Source: Candidatus Woesearchaeota archaeon (lineage in GTDB: Archaea; Nanobdellota; Nanobdellia; Parvarchaeales; Parvarchaeaceae). Taken from it: a DNA stretch of 53,708 bases. The stretch spans positions 1-53,708 of the forward strand of contig CAZXLU010000002.1 of NCBI GenBank assembly GCA_964641875.1, written 5' to 3'. The notes under the pieces were generated by a model that searched no databases, was not told where the DNA came from, and saw only the letters and a list, made by a program, of their open reading frames with translations. Below, one piece after another: positions 9,712 through 19,114 of this stretch (position 1 is the first letter of the stretch; each line of letters begins with the position of its first letter). The position numbers and the translations under genes were made by a program.

Positions 9712-10111
9712 GGAGAGAATATTATACAGACTTAAAGAATTAGAATATTATGTTAACTTACTTGAAAAGATTATACCTACAAAGAGCAGCGAATACGTAA
9801 AATCTGATGAAGTAAAAAAAGCGGCAATAGAAAGATACTGTCAGCTAATAAGTGAGGCTCAGTTAGATATTTGTAAGGAAATTTACAAAAGTATGAATTT
9901 GCCCCCGCCTAATTTAAATGAGTCCATATTCCAAAAACTTGAAGACAAAATTGACTCTAAAACCCTGTCGAAAATAATAAAATTAAGAGAAGTAAGAAAT
10001 GAGCTTGTACATGCATATTCAAGTTTTGACGACTTAAAATTGTTCAATGCCTTAATGCCAAATGATTACATGCACGATTTTATAAAGGAAATAAAGAGTT
10101 TAATCTTATAA
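9704..10111 (+). CDS. HEPN (DUF86) toxin
   Basis: R-x4-H motif RNELVH (nt 9995-10012) in a 135-aa all-helical protein immediately downstream of an MNT gene. Confidence 0.8.
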   Translation: MDKERILYRLKELEYYVNLLEKIIPTKSSEYVKSDEVKKAAIERYCQLISEAQLDICKEIYKSMNLPPPNLNESIFQKLEDKIDSKTLSKIIKLREVRNELVHAYSSFDDLKLFNALMPNDYMHDFIKEIKSLIL

Positions 10112-10166
10112 TTCTGTTTTTAACATGGCACCTACACAGTGTGTAAGCTCATGTAAATTCATAATA

Positions 10167-12359
10167 TCACTCTAAAGGAGGCAAACCCTTCCTTTCCCTT
10201 ATCTGTTTAACTACAGTTGGGTAAATATCCCTTGGCAACCTTCTAAACGTTTCCCCTGCTAATGACCAAGAACCTCTACCTTCTGTTCCAGATCTAAGTT
10301 CATTGGTGAAGTTAAAGGTGGATGAAACTGGCATCTCTGCAGTTATAACCGCCTTGTTTCCATCGTCTTTTACATTGTCTATTATCCCTCTTTTTGATTG
10401 TATAAGGGCGCTTATATTACTTAGATTCGCCATTGGCAGGTCTACTCTTATTACCTGTATAGGTTCTAAAAGTATTGGATTAGCTTGCAACACAGCATCT
10501 TTTATAGCATCTCTTACTGCGGGTATAACCTGAGCGGGACCGCGGTGTATTGCGTCTTCATGTAAAACCATATCAGTCAATGTTATCTTAACTCCGCGTA
10601 CTTCTTCTTTTGCTTGAGGCCCCTCTTTCATAACTTCATTGAAAGATTCTATGCACATCTCTATAACTTCACCTATGTGTATTATACCTCTTGTTCCATC
10701 AACAAGCATGTTTTCTCCATAGATCGCTGCTATCCTTTTGACTTCGTCTCTGTCCATTCCTGCTTTCATAAGTAAATCCATATTTTCTGGTGTAAAAGCT
10801 TTTATTTTTCCAGTAGGCATACTCTCATCTGCCAAAGCCTCAATAACTTCTTGAGATAATGGCTCAGCATATAAATAGAAACGGTTATGTTTGTTGGGAG
10901 ATTTGCCCTCTACTATAGGGCTCTTTGCAGATATGCTTTCTTTGTAAACTACTATTGGTTGTGAGCTGACTATGTCTATCCCATATGTCCTCCTTAGCTT
11001 GTCTTCAACTATCTCCAAGTGTAGTGTCCCTAATCCTGCTATAAGATTTTCTCCAGTTTCGTGATTTATTGAGACTTTTAAAGCAATATCGTATATCTCC
11101 TGTTCTCTTAAAGCCTGTATAAGTTTGGGTAAATCTTTAGGATTTTTAGGTTCTATAGCCTTCACAACTACCGGCTGAAGGGAATGTTTTATGGGTTCGA
11201 AAGGCGTTATATCTTGTTTTTCAACTCCACTGAGTGTTTCACCAGATATTATGTTCTTTAATCCGGCCATTCCTATCTGGTTACCTGCAAGTGCACTTTC
11301 TACCTGAAAACGCTGAGGGCCTTTCCATATGTATATTTGTTGTACTTTGTTTACTTGTTTATTGTTAACAAGAAATACATCCTGTCCACGTGCTATCTTT
11401 CCAGAAAATATTCTTCCTATTGCGATTTCCCCGGCTTGCGGGTCAATTTCTATATTTGTAACGGAAATCATCAATGGGCCGTTTGGATCACAGGCTATCA
11501 ATGATTTACCAACATCGCTGTCCAATTCACCATGCCATACTATCGGTATTCTATACTTTTGGGCTTCTACTGGATTTGGTAAATGTTCTATAACCATGTC
11601 TAAAAGCACTTTATGTACTGGAGTCTTCTTTGAAAGCTCTTTTATTTTTTCTTTGTCATTAGAAGTATAAGTTTCATAAACATCTTTGAATGACAAACCA
11701 GTTTCCTTCATTCTTTTGAACGATAAGGCCCAATTGTCTCTTGAAGCACCGAAAGCCACAGTATTGTCCTGAACAGAAACTTGCCATTTTCCCTTTACAT
11801 CTTCAGGTGCCAAGTCGTTTATGAAGGAATTTATTTGAGTTATCAACTTAACAAGATGTTTCTGCATATCTTCTGGGGAAAAACGCATCTCTGTTATAAG
11901 CCTGTCTATTTTATTAATATATAGTATAGGTTTTACTTTATCTCTAAGCGCTTGTTTAAGGACCATCTCAGTTTGTGGCATTACTCCCTCAACAGAATCC
12001 ATTACTACTATGGCACCGTCTATTGCCCTTATAGCTCTTGTTACATGCCCTCCAAAGTCAACGTGTCCAGGAGTGTCTATTAAATTTATTAAATATTCAT
12101 CGTTTTCATTTCTCTCATAAACCATGTTTACATTGGATGACTTAACTGTCATCTGCCTTTCCTGCTCTACTTTTTCAGAGTCTAAGTAAAGCTGTTTTCC
12201 GGCTTTTTCTTCAGAAAGCATACCACATCCTGCTAACAGGGTATCGCAGGTTGTTGTTTTACCGTGATCAACGTGCGCTATTACACCGATGTTTCTTATT
12301 CTTTCTTGCTGATTCATCAGCCTCATCACTTTCTCTGTCAAAGATTCTTTTTCAGGCAT
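10167..12359 (-). CDS. fusA: Translation elongation factor 2 (aEF-2)
   Basis: G-domain motifs AHVDHGKTT, DTPGHVDF and NKIDR. Diphthamide-site motif HEDAIHRG (His codon at 10545-10547). GAGG lies 10 nt upstream of the ATG. Confidence 0.97.
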   Translation of the reverse strand: MPEKESLTEKVMRLMNQQERIRNIGVIAHVDHGKTTTCDTLLAGCGMLSEEKAGKQLYLDSEKVEQERQMTVKSSNVNMVYERNENDEYLINLIDTPGHVDFGGHVTRAIRAIDGAIVVMDSVEGVMPQTEMVLKQALRDKVKPILYINKIDRLITEMRFSPEDMQKHLVKLITQINSFINDLAPEDVKGKWQVSVQDNTVAFGASRDNWALSFKRMKETGLSFKDVYETYTSNDKEKIKELSKKTPVHKVLLDMVIEHLPNPVEAQKYRIPIVWHGELDSDVGKSLIACDPNGPLMISVTNIEIDPQAGEIAIGRIFSGKIARGQDVFLVNNKQVNKVQQIYIWKGPQRFQVESALAGNQIGMAGLKNIISGETLSGVEKQDITPFEPIKHSLQPVVVKAIEPKNPKDLPKLIQALREQEIYDIALKVSINHETGENLIAGLGTLHLEIVEDKLRRTYGIDIVSSQPIVVYKESISAKSPIVEGKSPNKHNRFYLYAEPLSQEVIEALADESMPTGKIKAFTPENMDLLMKAGMDRDEVKRIAAIYGENMLVDGTRGIIHIGEVIEMCIESFNEVMKEGPQAKEEVRGVKITLTDMVLHEDAIHRGPAQVIPAVRDAIKDAVLQANPILLEPIQVIRVDLPMANLSNISALIQSKRGIIDNVKDDGNKAVITAEMPVSSTFNFTNELRSGTEGRGSWSLAGETFRRLPRDIYPTVVKQIRERKGLPPLE

Positions 12360-12442
12360 TTTAAATTATCCTCTTTACCGTTATTTTTACATTTTACATT
12401 TAATACTATTTATAGTTGCTGTTTAAGCAATCTAAACAAAAT

Positions 12443-12988
12443 TCATAACCAATTGAAATATTTATTCTTTATGTTTTTTCCTATGTTTATGTATCTTCTT
12501 GGAAGAAAAGATATAAGATAAGCAGAGCCTTCATATATCATCTTTTTGTAGATTTCTCTTTTATCTTCTGGTGTTTTATGGAAGTATAAATTAATTTCAT
12601 TATTAAAGACTTTTTTGAAGTATTTTCTTGCTCTTGGAATATGTAATGTATCTGTAACGACATAGACGTTTTTTATATTGTTAAAATATCTTTGCTTGTC
12701 GTCATAGAAAGGGTTATAGGCTGCGTTCAAAGATTTTATCATGTAATACACGTTCTCAGCGTTGTCAAAAGTATTTATTGAATTGTTTTCATAGACGTAG
12801 TCTTTACCTTCGAGAAGTTTGATTATATCATCATTGGATTTTATATCTTGTCCGGTTATTATAAGCAAAGAACTTTTCTTTTTAGAATATACATTGTTTA
12901 TAGCATCTTCTAATCTTTTCTTGAATCTCTTATCCGTTCCACCAAGAACAACAATAGCATTTTCATATCTATCTTGGTAATAATCCAT
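12443..12988 (-). CDS. DUF218 (YdcF/SanA-like) domain protein
   Basis: AIVVLGGTDKRFKKRLEDA...LLIITG pattern and later VVTDTLHIPRA, typical of DUF218. Confidence 0.65.
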   Translation of the reverse strand: MDYYQDRYENAIVVLGGTDKRFKKRLEDAINNVYSKKKSSLLIITGQDIKSNDDIIKLLEGKDYVYENNSINTFDNAENVYYMIKSLNAAYNPFYDDKQRYFNNIKNVYVVTDTLHIPRARKYFKKVFNNEINLYFHKTPEDKREIYKKMIYEGSAYLISFLPRRYINIGKNIKNKYFNWL

Positions 12989-13346
12989 AGATAATCTACA
13001 AGAGTAGAAATTATATATAAGCTTTAAAAAATTTAAAATTTAAAAAATAAAATCTGTTTTAAAAAAGGGATCGGAAGAATGAACCGTTTTAACGGTTGAA
13101 ATTAGCAGTGTTAATTTGAGACAATGCTCAACTTACTTCTTCTTCTTTCCTTTTTTAGCTGCTTTTTTCTTTGTTGCCATATGTAAAAAATTCACTCATC
13201 ATATAAATAATTTTTTAATTTTTTTTGGAAACAATTAGCAAAGGAATTTTATGTGTTTTGGCCGACAAAAAAGATATTTTCCCAATTTATAATACAATTA
13301 TTAGTTTTTAAATCTTTTATATTATTTAACAGATTTAAAGAAACAG

Positions 13347-13431
13347 GCAGAGATAGCGAAGCCTGGTCAAACGTGCTGGCTTCAGGGGCCAGTGGCTTAG
13401 GCCTTCGGGGGTTCAAATCCCCCTCTCTGCA
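13347..13431 (+). tRNA. tRNA-Leu (anticodon CAG), type II with long variable arm, no encoded CCA
   Basis: Manual fold: acceptor GCAGAGA/TCTCTGC, anticodon stem CTGGC/GCCAG with loop TTCAGGG, variable stem GGC/GCC, T-arm GGGGG-TTCAAAT-CCCCC, discriminator A. Confidence 0.9.
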
Positions 13432-13630
13432 TCTAAAATTAATGCATTCTTGCCAGATAATATTTTATATCTTTATATTTAAATTGTATTAGTTTAATAT
13501 TGCTTTTTAAATTTCATTAATCAAATATTTCTATTCTCCCGCAACTTTTTCAAAATCATTTAAACTAAGTGATACTTCATAACCAACTAACATTATTGTA
13601 TGTTTATTTTTGTATAGTTATATTCAAAGC

Positions 13631-14224
13631 CTACATCTTGTATTTTTTAATCAAAATGCTTTCTTTTTGAATTTCTTCTGAATTGTATACTTTTATTCCT
13701 AAAAAGAAACTAGAAATAGAAACTATAATGAATGCTATGGGAAGTAAAAACGTTATTGCTCCAAGAAATATTGTGGATATTAAAACTAGAATAACAGCGC
13801 TTATTGTTATATAATGAGAATAAGCAAATCTGTTTGATAGCCTTTTAACATTTACAAGCTCTATAAAGGAGTAAACACTCCAGAGAATGGCAATGGTTAT
13901 GAGATATGGGTTGAACCCATAATTATTCAAAGGATAGGTTGTTATGTTGCGAGATCCAAAGTATATAAACAAGAGAACATTAATTACCCCGAGAATTGGT
14001 ATAACTACCCATGACATCCTTAAAAAACCGATAGATCTTTCTAGGTGGCGATACATTCTGCTTCTGAGATAAATAGACAAGAAATAAATTATTACTATAA
14101 AAGAAAATGGGAAGAGAGAAATTAGATAATTTCTAATATAATCAATTACAAGCAACGCTAAAGCTAATGCAGTTATGGAAGACACAAAGAAGCCAGCTGC
14201 ATTTATAAAGCGATTAGTTTCCAT
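13631..14224 (-). CDS. Hypothetical polytopic membrane protein
   Basis: About 6 predicted TM helices. It overlaps the upstream PH-domain gene by 11 nt, suggesting an operon. Confidence 0.5.
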   Translation of the reverse strand: METNRFINAAGFFVSSITALALALLVIDYIRNYLISLFPFSFIVIIYFLSIYLRSRMYRHLERSIGFLRMSWVVIPILGVINVLLFIYFGSRNITTYPLNNYGFNPYLITIAILWSVYSFIELVNVKRLSNRFAYSHYITISAVILVLISTIFLGAITFLLPIAFIIVSISSFFLGIKVYNSEEIQKESILIKKYKM

Positions 14225-14771
14225 TTGAATTTCTGTATGTTACATCACCTATAAGTTTTAGAACTGCACCTTGGAAAGAATAAGGGTCGTGTATACCCCG
14301 TAAAATAATGTTCGGACGGCCTTGTTCCTCCGGCCTTATAACAATTTTTCCAAGTTTTAATAGTCTGTCAAGTATGCTTATATCCACAGATACATCGCTT
14401 ATCTTTGAAGGTAATATGATATTAGTGTCTTTTGCTATAACCCCTCTTTGAATTATTACCCTTGAGTTTGTTATTAGGTATTCAATAAAATATACTTGTA
14501 ATTCTGAAACTACAATATATATTATACCTATAACTTCTAGTATGAAAGGTACAACTGGAATATTGCCTATAAATATTATTTTTTCGATTCCAATGCCGGA
14601 GAATACATAGTTTATTGATATATTATACGATGGTGCAAATAGGAAAAGAAGGAAAAATACTACAATGGACAATATTATTAAACTTACTCCTCTCCAAAAT
14701 TCTTTCTGTCCTAAAATAGAGGGTTTCTCTGACATTACAACTTTTTCATTCGATAAAAGAAAATTTCTCAT
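14214..14771 (-). CDS. Membrane protein with a bacterial-type PH (bPH_2/YdbS-YdbT-like) domain
   Basis: Two TM helices followed by RVIIQRGVIAKDTNIILPSKISDVSVDISILDRLLKLGKIVI, the typical bPH_2 pattern. Confidence 0.6.
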   Translation of the reverse strand: MRNFLLSNEKVVMSEKPSILGQKEFWRGVSLIILSIVVFFLLFLFAPSYNISINYVFSGIGIEKIIFIGNIPVVPFILEVIGIIYIVVSELQVYFIEYLITNSRVIIQRGVIAKDTNIILPSKISDVSVDISILDRLLKLGKIVIRPEEQGRPNIILRGIHDPYSFQGAVLKLIGDVTYRNSNGN

Positions 14772-14812
14772 AATATAATAATTAAATAATAGGAATATAT
14801 AATATTCTGTTT

Positions 14813-15493
14813 ATGAAAGTCGGGGCTTTGTTTACTGGGGGTAAGGATTCAACATATTCTGCGTTTCTAGCGTCTAAAGAGAATGAGTTAGCATGTTTAA
14901 TGAACATGTATTCAGAAAATAAGGATTCTTACATGTTTCATACCGTCGGAAATGAACTTTTAAATCTTCAAGCTAAGGCCATGTCAATTCCTCTAGAGAG
15001 ATATGCGACAAAGGGTTTAAAGGAGGAAGAATTAGGTGATTTGAAAGATTTTATAAAGAAAATGAAGGAAAAATACGACATAGGTGGGATTGTTAGCGGA
15101 GCTCTAGCAAGCGAATATCAATACAAGAGAATAAATTCCATTTTGGAAGAGCTTTCACTTAAATCAATAACACCATTATGGCACATTGATGTTAAAAAAT
15201 ACATAAGTGATTTTATAAATGCAGGTTTTAAGGCTGTGATAGTTTCTGTTTCTGCCGATGGACTGGATGAAACTTGGTTAGGAAAAGAGATAAACAATGA
15301 GAATCTGCAAAAACTTATTGAACTAAGCGAAAAATATCGCTTTCATCTTGGTTTTGAAGGAGGAGAAGCGGAAACAGCTGTTCTTGATGGGCCAAACTTT
15401 AAATACTCTATAAACATAACCGGAAGCAAGATAATAAACGAGGGCGGAAAGTATTATTTGGAGATTAAATCCATTGAAACTTCAAATAAATAG
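14813..15493 (+). CDS. Diphthine-ammonia ligase-like ATP-pyrophosphatase (Dph6 N-terminal domain / MJ0570 family)
   Basis: PP-loop KVGALFTGGKDS and C-terminal GFEGGEAETAVLDGPNF. Confidence 0.78.
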   Translation: MKVGALFTGGKDSTYSAFLASKENELACLMNMYSENKDSYMFHTVGNELLNLQAKAMSIPLERYATKGLKEEELGDLKDFIKKMKEKYDIGGIVSGALASEYQYKRINSILEELSLKSITPLWHIDVKKYISDFINAGFKAVIVSVSADGLDETWLGKEINNENLQKLIELSEKYRFHLGFEGGEAETAVLDGPNFKYSINITGSKIINEGGKYYLEIKSIETSNK

Positions 15494-15496
15494 TCT

Positions 15497-16063
15497 TCAT
15501 ATAATCTTCTTCATTAGGATCTCAATTTTTTTATATAATTCCCTTGAATTGTTTTCACCATTTTTAAGCTTAAAATCAGACAATTTTTCTGTAATATCTA
15601 AGTGGAATATCTCTTTCTCTCTTTTATCGTCTTTAATGAAATCCTTATAAGACGGGGGAACATCTGCCCGTTTTCTGTCCAATGTTCTTTGAAATCTTAC
15701 TTTAATCGGGGCATAAATAAAAATATTGAAGAATTTTATTCCTTTCTGTTTTTTGAAGAATTTTATATCATTAGGGAATCTTATACCAGATATAACCGCC
15801 TTGTCAGCTTTTTCTTTTTTTATTCTCTTAAGGCATAATTCCATTACATAATTTTCGCCGTATTTTTTTCTTAGTATGGATTGAAGTTTTTGCTGCTGTT
15901 CTCTGTTTATTTTACCGCTTCTCATCTTCGCAAGCTTTTCTCTGATTATATCCCCGGGAGATATTTTAAAGAAATGATATTCTTTGCTTATGAAATCTCC
16001 TATGTAATCCTTTCCACCGCCAGGAAGAGCAGTCAATCCTATTATTATAATATCATTTTTCAC
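15497..16063 (-). CDS. P-loop nucleotide kinase with an unusual GKD Walker A (dNMP-kinase-like)
   Basis: IIGLTALPGGGKDYIGDFI, i.e. GK followed by D rather than S/T, as in T4-type dNMP kinases and animal phosphomevalonate kinase. Size is 188 aa. Confidence 0.5.
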   Translation of the reverse strand: MKNDIIIIGLTALPGGGKDYIGDFISKEYHFFKISPGDIIREKLAKMRSGKINREQQQKLQSILRKKYGENYVMELCLKRIKKEKADKAVISGIRFPNDIKFFKKQKGIKFFNIFIYAPIKVRFQRTLDRKRADVPPSYKDFIKDDKREKEIFHLDITEKLSDFKLKNGENNSRELYKKIEILMKKII

Positions 16064-16134
16064 TTAAAATATTGTTTTTCATAATAAAAATGTTTTTAAA
16101 AGTACTTATTGCAGTTCTTTTCATAAAATAATAG

Positions 16135-16650
16135 ATGAAAAGCAATTTAGATAGCAAATATCTGGATGAAATACTTTTAAACAGCGAATTTAAAGAACAG
16201 GTAGATTTACTTGGAAAAGACCTGTTTTTATTGCTCCTTGATTTTTATAATGAATCAAAAATAGACCCAAGGATTATGGAATTGTTTCCACATGAAAAGA
16301 AGAGAGATTTTGAATTGGTTTCACATGAGTTGTCAAAAATAGATCACAGAGAGAGAAAGGTTTTTCATGATTATTTGAATAACTCTAATGATAAAGCAGT
16401 CAGAAACCTTTTAGGGGAATGTTATAGAAGCATAATGTACAAAAAAGAAAAGCTTTTAGAAAGTTCTGGTTATGACTCATTGTATAAATTTTTTATAAAT
16501 GCGCAGGCAAATGATTCAATTATTGAAAGTGAAGGAGATTCTTTCTTCTATATAGGAAACAAGAGATATACTGGAAAAGGAAAAAACAGCGAACTTATAT
16601 GGGTATTTGCAAAAAGCGTGGAGTTCCTCTATGAAACAACCTTTAGATGA
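16135..16650 (+). CDS. Hypothetical protein, paralog A of a tandem pair
   Basis: Long ORF with a codon-biased charged/aromatic composition. The N-terminal LDEILLNSEFKEQV resembles LEEILSDSQIKAKF in the next ORF. Confidence 0.5.
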   Translation: MKSNLDSKYLDEILLNSEFKEQVDLLGKDLFLLLLDFYNESKIDPRIMELFPHEKKRDFELVSHELSKIDHRERKVFHDYLNNSNDKAVRNLLGECYRSIMYKKEKLLESSGYDSLYKFFINAQANDSIIESEGDSFFYIGNKRYTGKGKNSELIWVFAKSVEFLYETTFR

Positions 16651-17158
16651 TTTTTTTGATAATCCAATGACTATGGATAAACTTGAAGAAATACTTTCAG
16701 ATTCTCAGATAAAAGCAAAATTCTTTGAATTTGGATATGGAATATTCACTGTTTACAGATATGCATATAAAAAATTCGGTAAGTTTGAAGATCCTTATGA
16801 CAACGATTTTAAAAGATATGGAGCTTTTGCCGAAGCGGAAGACGACATAAAGTATATAGAGAGCAAAAATGGGGGGAAATCTTTGCTTAAAAAATGGTTT
16901 GATGACAATAGAGAATATATAGATAGGAGAATATTTGGAAGACATTATTATAGCATAAGAAATATAGAAAAGATGCTAATAGATAATAAAATTATAAGCG
17001 ATTTTGTTTACAATGAGCTAACCGCTAATTTTCTCAACTTTCTTTTTGTTTCAAGTGAATCTAATGGAAGAAAAGACTATAAAGAAAATATAGTCATGGC
17101 ATACAAAAAAGCATTAGAATCTGTCTATAGGCTTTACATACAAAAAGCTTTGGTATAA
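16607..17158 (+). CDS. Hypothetical protein, paralog B; the real start is possibly Met21 at 16667
   Basis: The frame shifts relative to the upstream ORF. Starting at MTMDKLEEIL would remove the 44-nt overlap. Confidence 0.5.
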   Translation: MQKAWSSSMKQPLDDFFDNPMTMDKLEEILSDSQIKAKFFEFGYGIFTVYRYAYKKFGKFEDPYDNDFKRYGAFAEAEDDIKYIESKNGGKSLLKKWFDDNREYIDRRIFGRHYYSIRNIEKMLIDNKIISDFVYNELTANFLNFLFVSSESNGRKDYKENIVMAYKKALESVYRLYIQKALV

Positions 17159-19048
17159 TCACTTAAGGCGAAGCGCATCAAGTATATGGGGGACATTAGT
17201 TTCCACCCTGAAACGCCTTCTAAGATATCTTGAAAGATCCAAAGTTTTACTTTCTTCTCCATGCCCTATTATTATTTTTCTAGGCCTTGGTCTTATGTCG
17301 TTTACAAATCTTTCCAGTTGCTTTCTGTCAGAATGACCGGAAAAGCCCTCTATAGAATAAACCAGAGCATTTACGGTGAAGTGTCTCAATTTTCCATTCA
17401 ATTCTATATCCACTTCTCTACCGCCATTTTGTATCGTTCTCCCGAGGGTTCCTACACCTTGGTAAGAGACCAAAACAATAGCATTTCTTTCATCTTCGCA
17501 AAGATTTGCAAAATAACTTACAGATGGGCCACCATTTAGCATACCTGATGTTGCAAGAATTATTGCCGGGCCGCTGGAAAGAACCTGTTGTCTTTCTTCT
17601 TCACTTACAGTATGCTTGAATATTGGGGAAAGAAATGGGTTGTTGTTATGCCCTATTATTCTCTTTCTGGTTTCACTGTTCATAAATTCTGGATATACTG
17701 TATATATTGCCGTTACATCCCACAGCATACCGTCCACTATTACCGGCGCTTCAGGGAGAAGACCATACCTTTGCCACTCCTCGATTAAAAGCATCAATTC
17801 TTGGGCCCTACCAACGCCAAGAACAGGGACCAAAACTTTTCCGTTATTTGAGATGGTTTTACTTATTATGTCCAGGAAAAATTGTTCTGTTTCATCTCTT
17901 TGTGGCTGTACATCTGATTCACCACCATATGTACTTTCCATTATAAGCGTTTCAACGCGTTCAAATTGCGTTTCCGCTTTGTTCAGAGTTTTAGAGTTAT
18001 CATACTTGAAATCTCCAGTGTAAAGGACATTGTAAAAACCGTTTCCTATATTCAAATGCACCATGGCAGAGCCAAGTATATGGCCGGCGTTATGCAGTGT
18101 TATCCTTATATCTGGGGTTATGTCTGTTACTTCGTGAAATGGAAGTATTATGGAATGCTTAAGCATTTCCTTAACGTCATCCAAGTCAAATAACAGTTTA
18201 CCGTTTGTTTTGCTTGCAAGATTTATGTAATCTAAATGTAGTAAAGTCATAACATCTCTCGTAGGAGCAGTTGAGTAAACAGGGCCCTTATACCCATATT
18301 TATAAAGCGCTGGGAGAAAACCACAGTGATCTAGATGGCTATGCGTTATAACTACTGCATTAAGCTTTGATATGTCAAATTCCGGAGCATCAACTCTTGG
18401 AACAGGTTCTTTTGGGTTGCTAACATCAACTCCAACGTCTAATAAAATCGAACTTATCGGCGTTTGTACTAGAACAGCTGATCTACCAACGTGTCTGAAC
18501 GCTCCTAGAGCGCTTATTCTGACCCAGTATTTATCGTCAACCTCAAATTTAGAATTGTATATATTTTCCCCTATCTCATTGAGCATTTTTCTTCTAAATT
18601 TAGAGTTATCATATAACATCTCTCTTATAGCCTTTACTATATCTGATTTTATCAATGGGGATCTAGCAAGCACTACTGACCAACCAGTTTCTTCCCTTAT
18701 CCTGTTTATTCCTGCTTTCCTTTCTCCACTTATTATCTCAGGCCTTTCCGCTTCGATGGTCACAAGGCTTCTTGACTCATCAAACCAAAAATCAGTTATC
18801 TGCGCTTCTTCAAAGCCCATATTCCTTATTTTCTTCTCAGCTTCTTTTGGATTCATTAGTAGCGAAGGGTCTAATCTAACTTCTATTCTTTTCTTTTCTT
18901 TGTTAACTAGGTTTCTTATTATTTCTGAGCTGTTAAGTAAAAAATTTCTGTTTTTTGTATATATAACGACATTAGAAACCTCAAAATCTATATCCTCTAT
19001 TACAGAGTTATCACCTATAAAATCCTTTATATCTTTTTTTATATCCAT
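17159..19048 (-). CDS. aCPSF1 beta-CASP ribonuclease (KH domains plus metallo-beta-lactamase)
   Basis: N-terminal KH-like region, HSHLDHCG motif and beta-CASP C-terminal region GHSD...IIIGHGE. Length is 629 aa. Confidence 0.9.
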   Translation of the reverse strand: MDIKKDIKDFIGDNSVIEDIDFEVSNVVIYTKNRNFLLNSSEIIRNLVNKEKKRIEVRLDPSLLMNPKEAEKKIRNMGFEEAQITDFWFDESRSLVTIEAERPEIISGERKAGINRIREETGWSVVLARSPLIKSDIVKAIREMLYDNSKFRRKMLNEIGENIYNSKFEVDDKYWVRISALGAFRHVGRSAVLVQTPISSILLDVGVDVSNPKEPVPRVDAPEFDISKLNAVVITHSHLDHCGFLPALYKYGYKGPVYSTAPTRDVMTLLHLDYINLASKTNGKLLFDLDDVKEMLKHSIILPFHEVTDITPDIRITLHNAGHILGSAMVHLNIGNGFYNVLYTGDFKYDNSKTLNKAETQFERVETLIMESTYGGESDVQPQRDETEQFFLDIISKTISNNGKVLVPVLGVGRAQELMLLIEEWQRYGLLPEAPVIVDGMLWDVTAIYTVYPEFMNSETRKRIIGHNNNPFLSPIFKHTVSEEERQQVLSSGPAIILATSGMLNGGPSVSYFANLCEDERNAIVLVSYQGVGTLGRTIQNGGREVDIELNGKLRHFTVNALVYSIEGFSGHSDRKQLERFVNDIRPRPRKIIIGHGEESKTLDLSRYLRRRFRVETNVPHILDALRLK

Positions 19049-19114
19049 ATATATTTTAATTATTCCTAAATAACAGTAACTTATTCTTCATAACAAGACA
19101 CATAAAATTTTTAT

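Noticed and set aside
13253-13492. 79-aa ORF (GTG start)
   Set aside because: It spans the tRNA-Leu gene, whose cloverleaf folds perfectly, so the ORF is an artefact.
17261-18193. Series of 66-135-aa + strand ORFs
   Set aside because: All are antisense to or nested within aCPSF1, with junk-like composition.
18372-19073. 233-aa + strand ORF, the longest 'extra' ORF in the track
   Set aside because: It is entirely antisense to the well-supported aCPSF1 gene. The product is low-complexity Ser/Leu/Ile-rich with no motifs, which is the typical shadow ORF of an AT-rich coding region.
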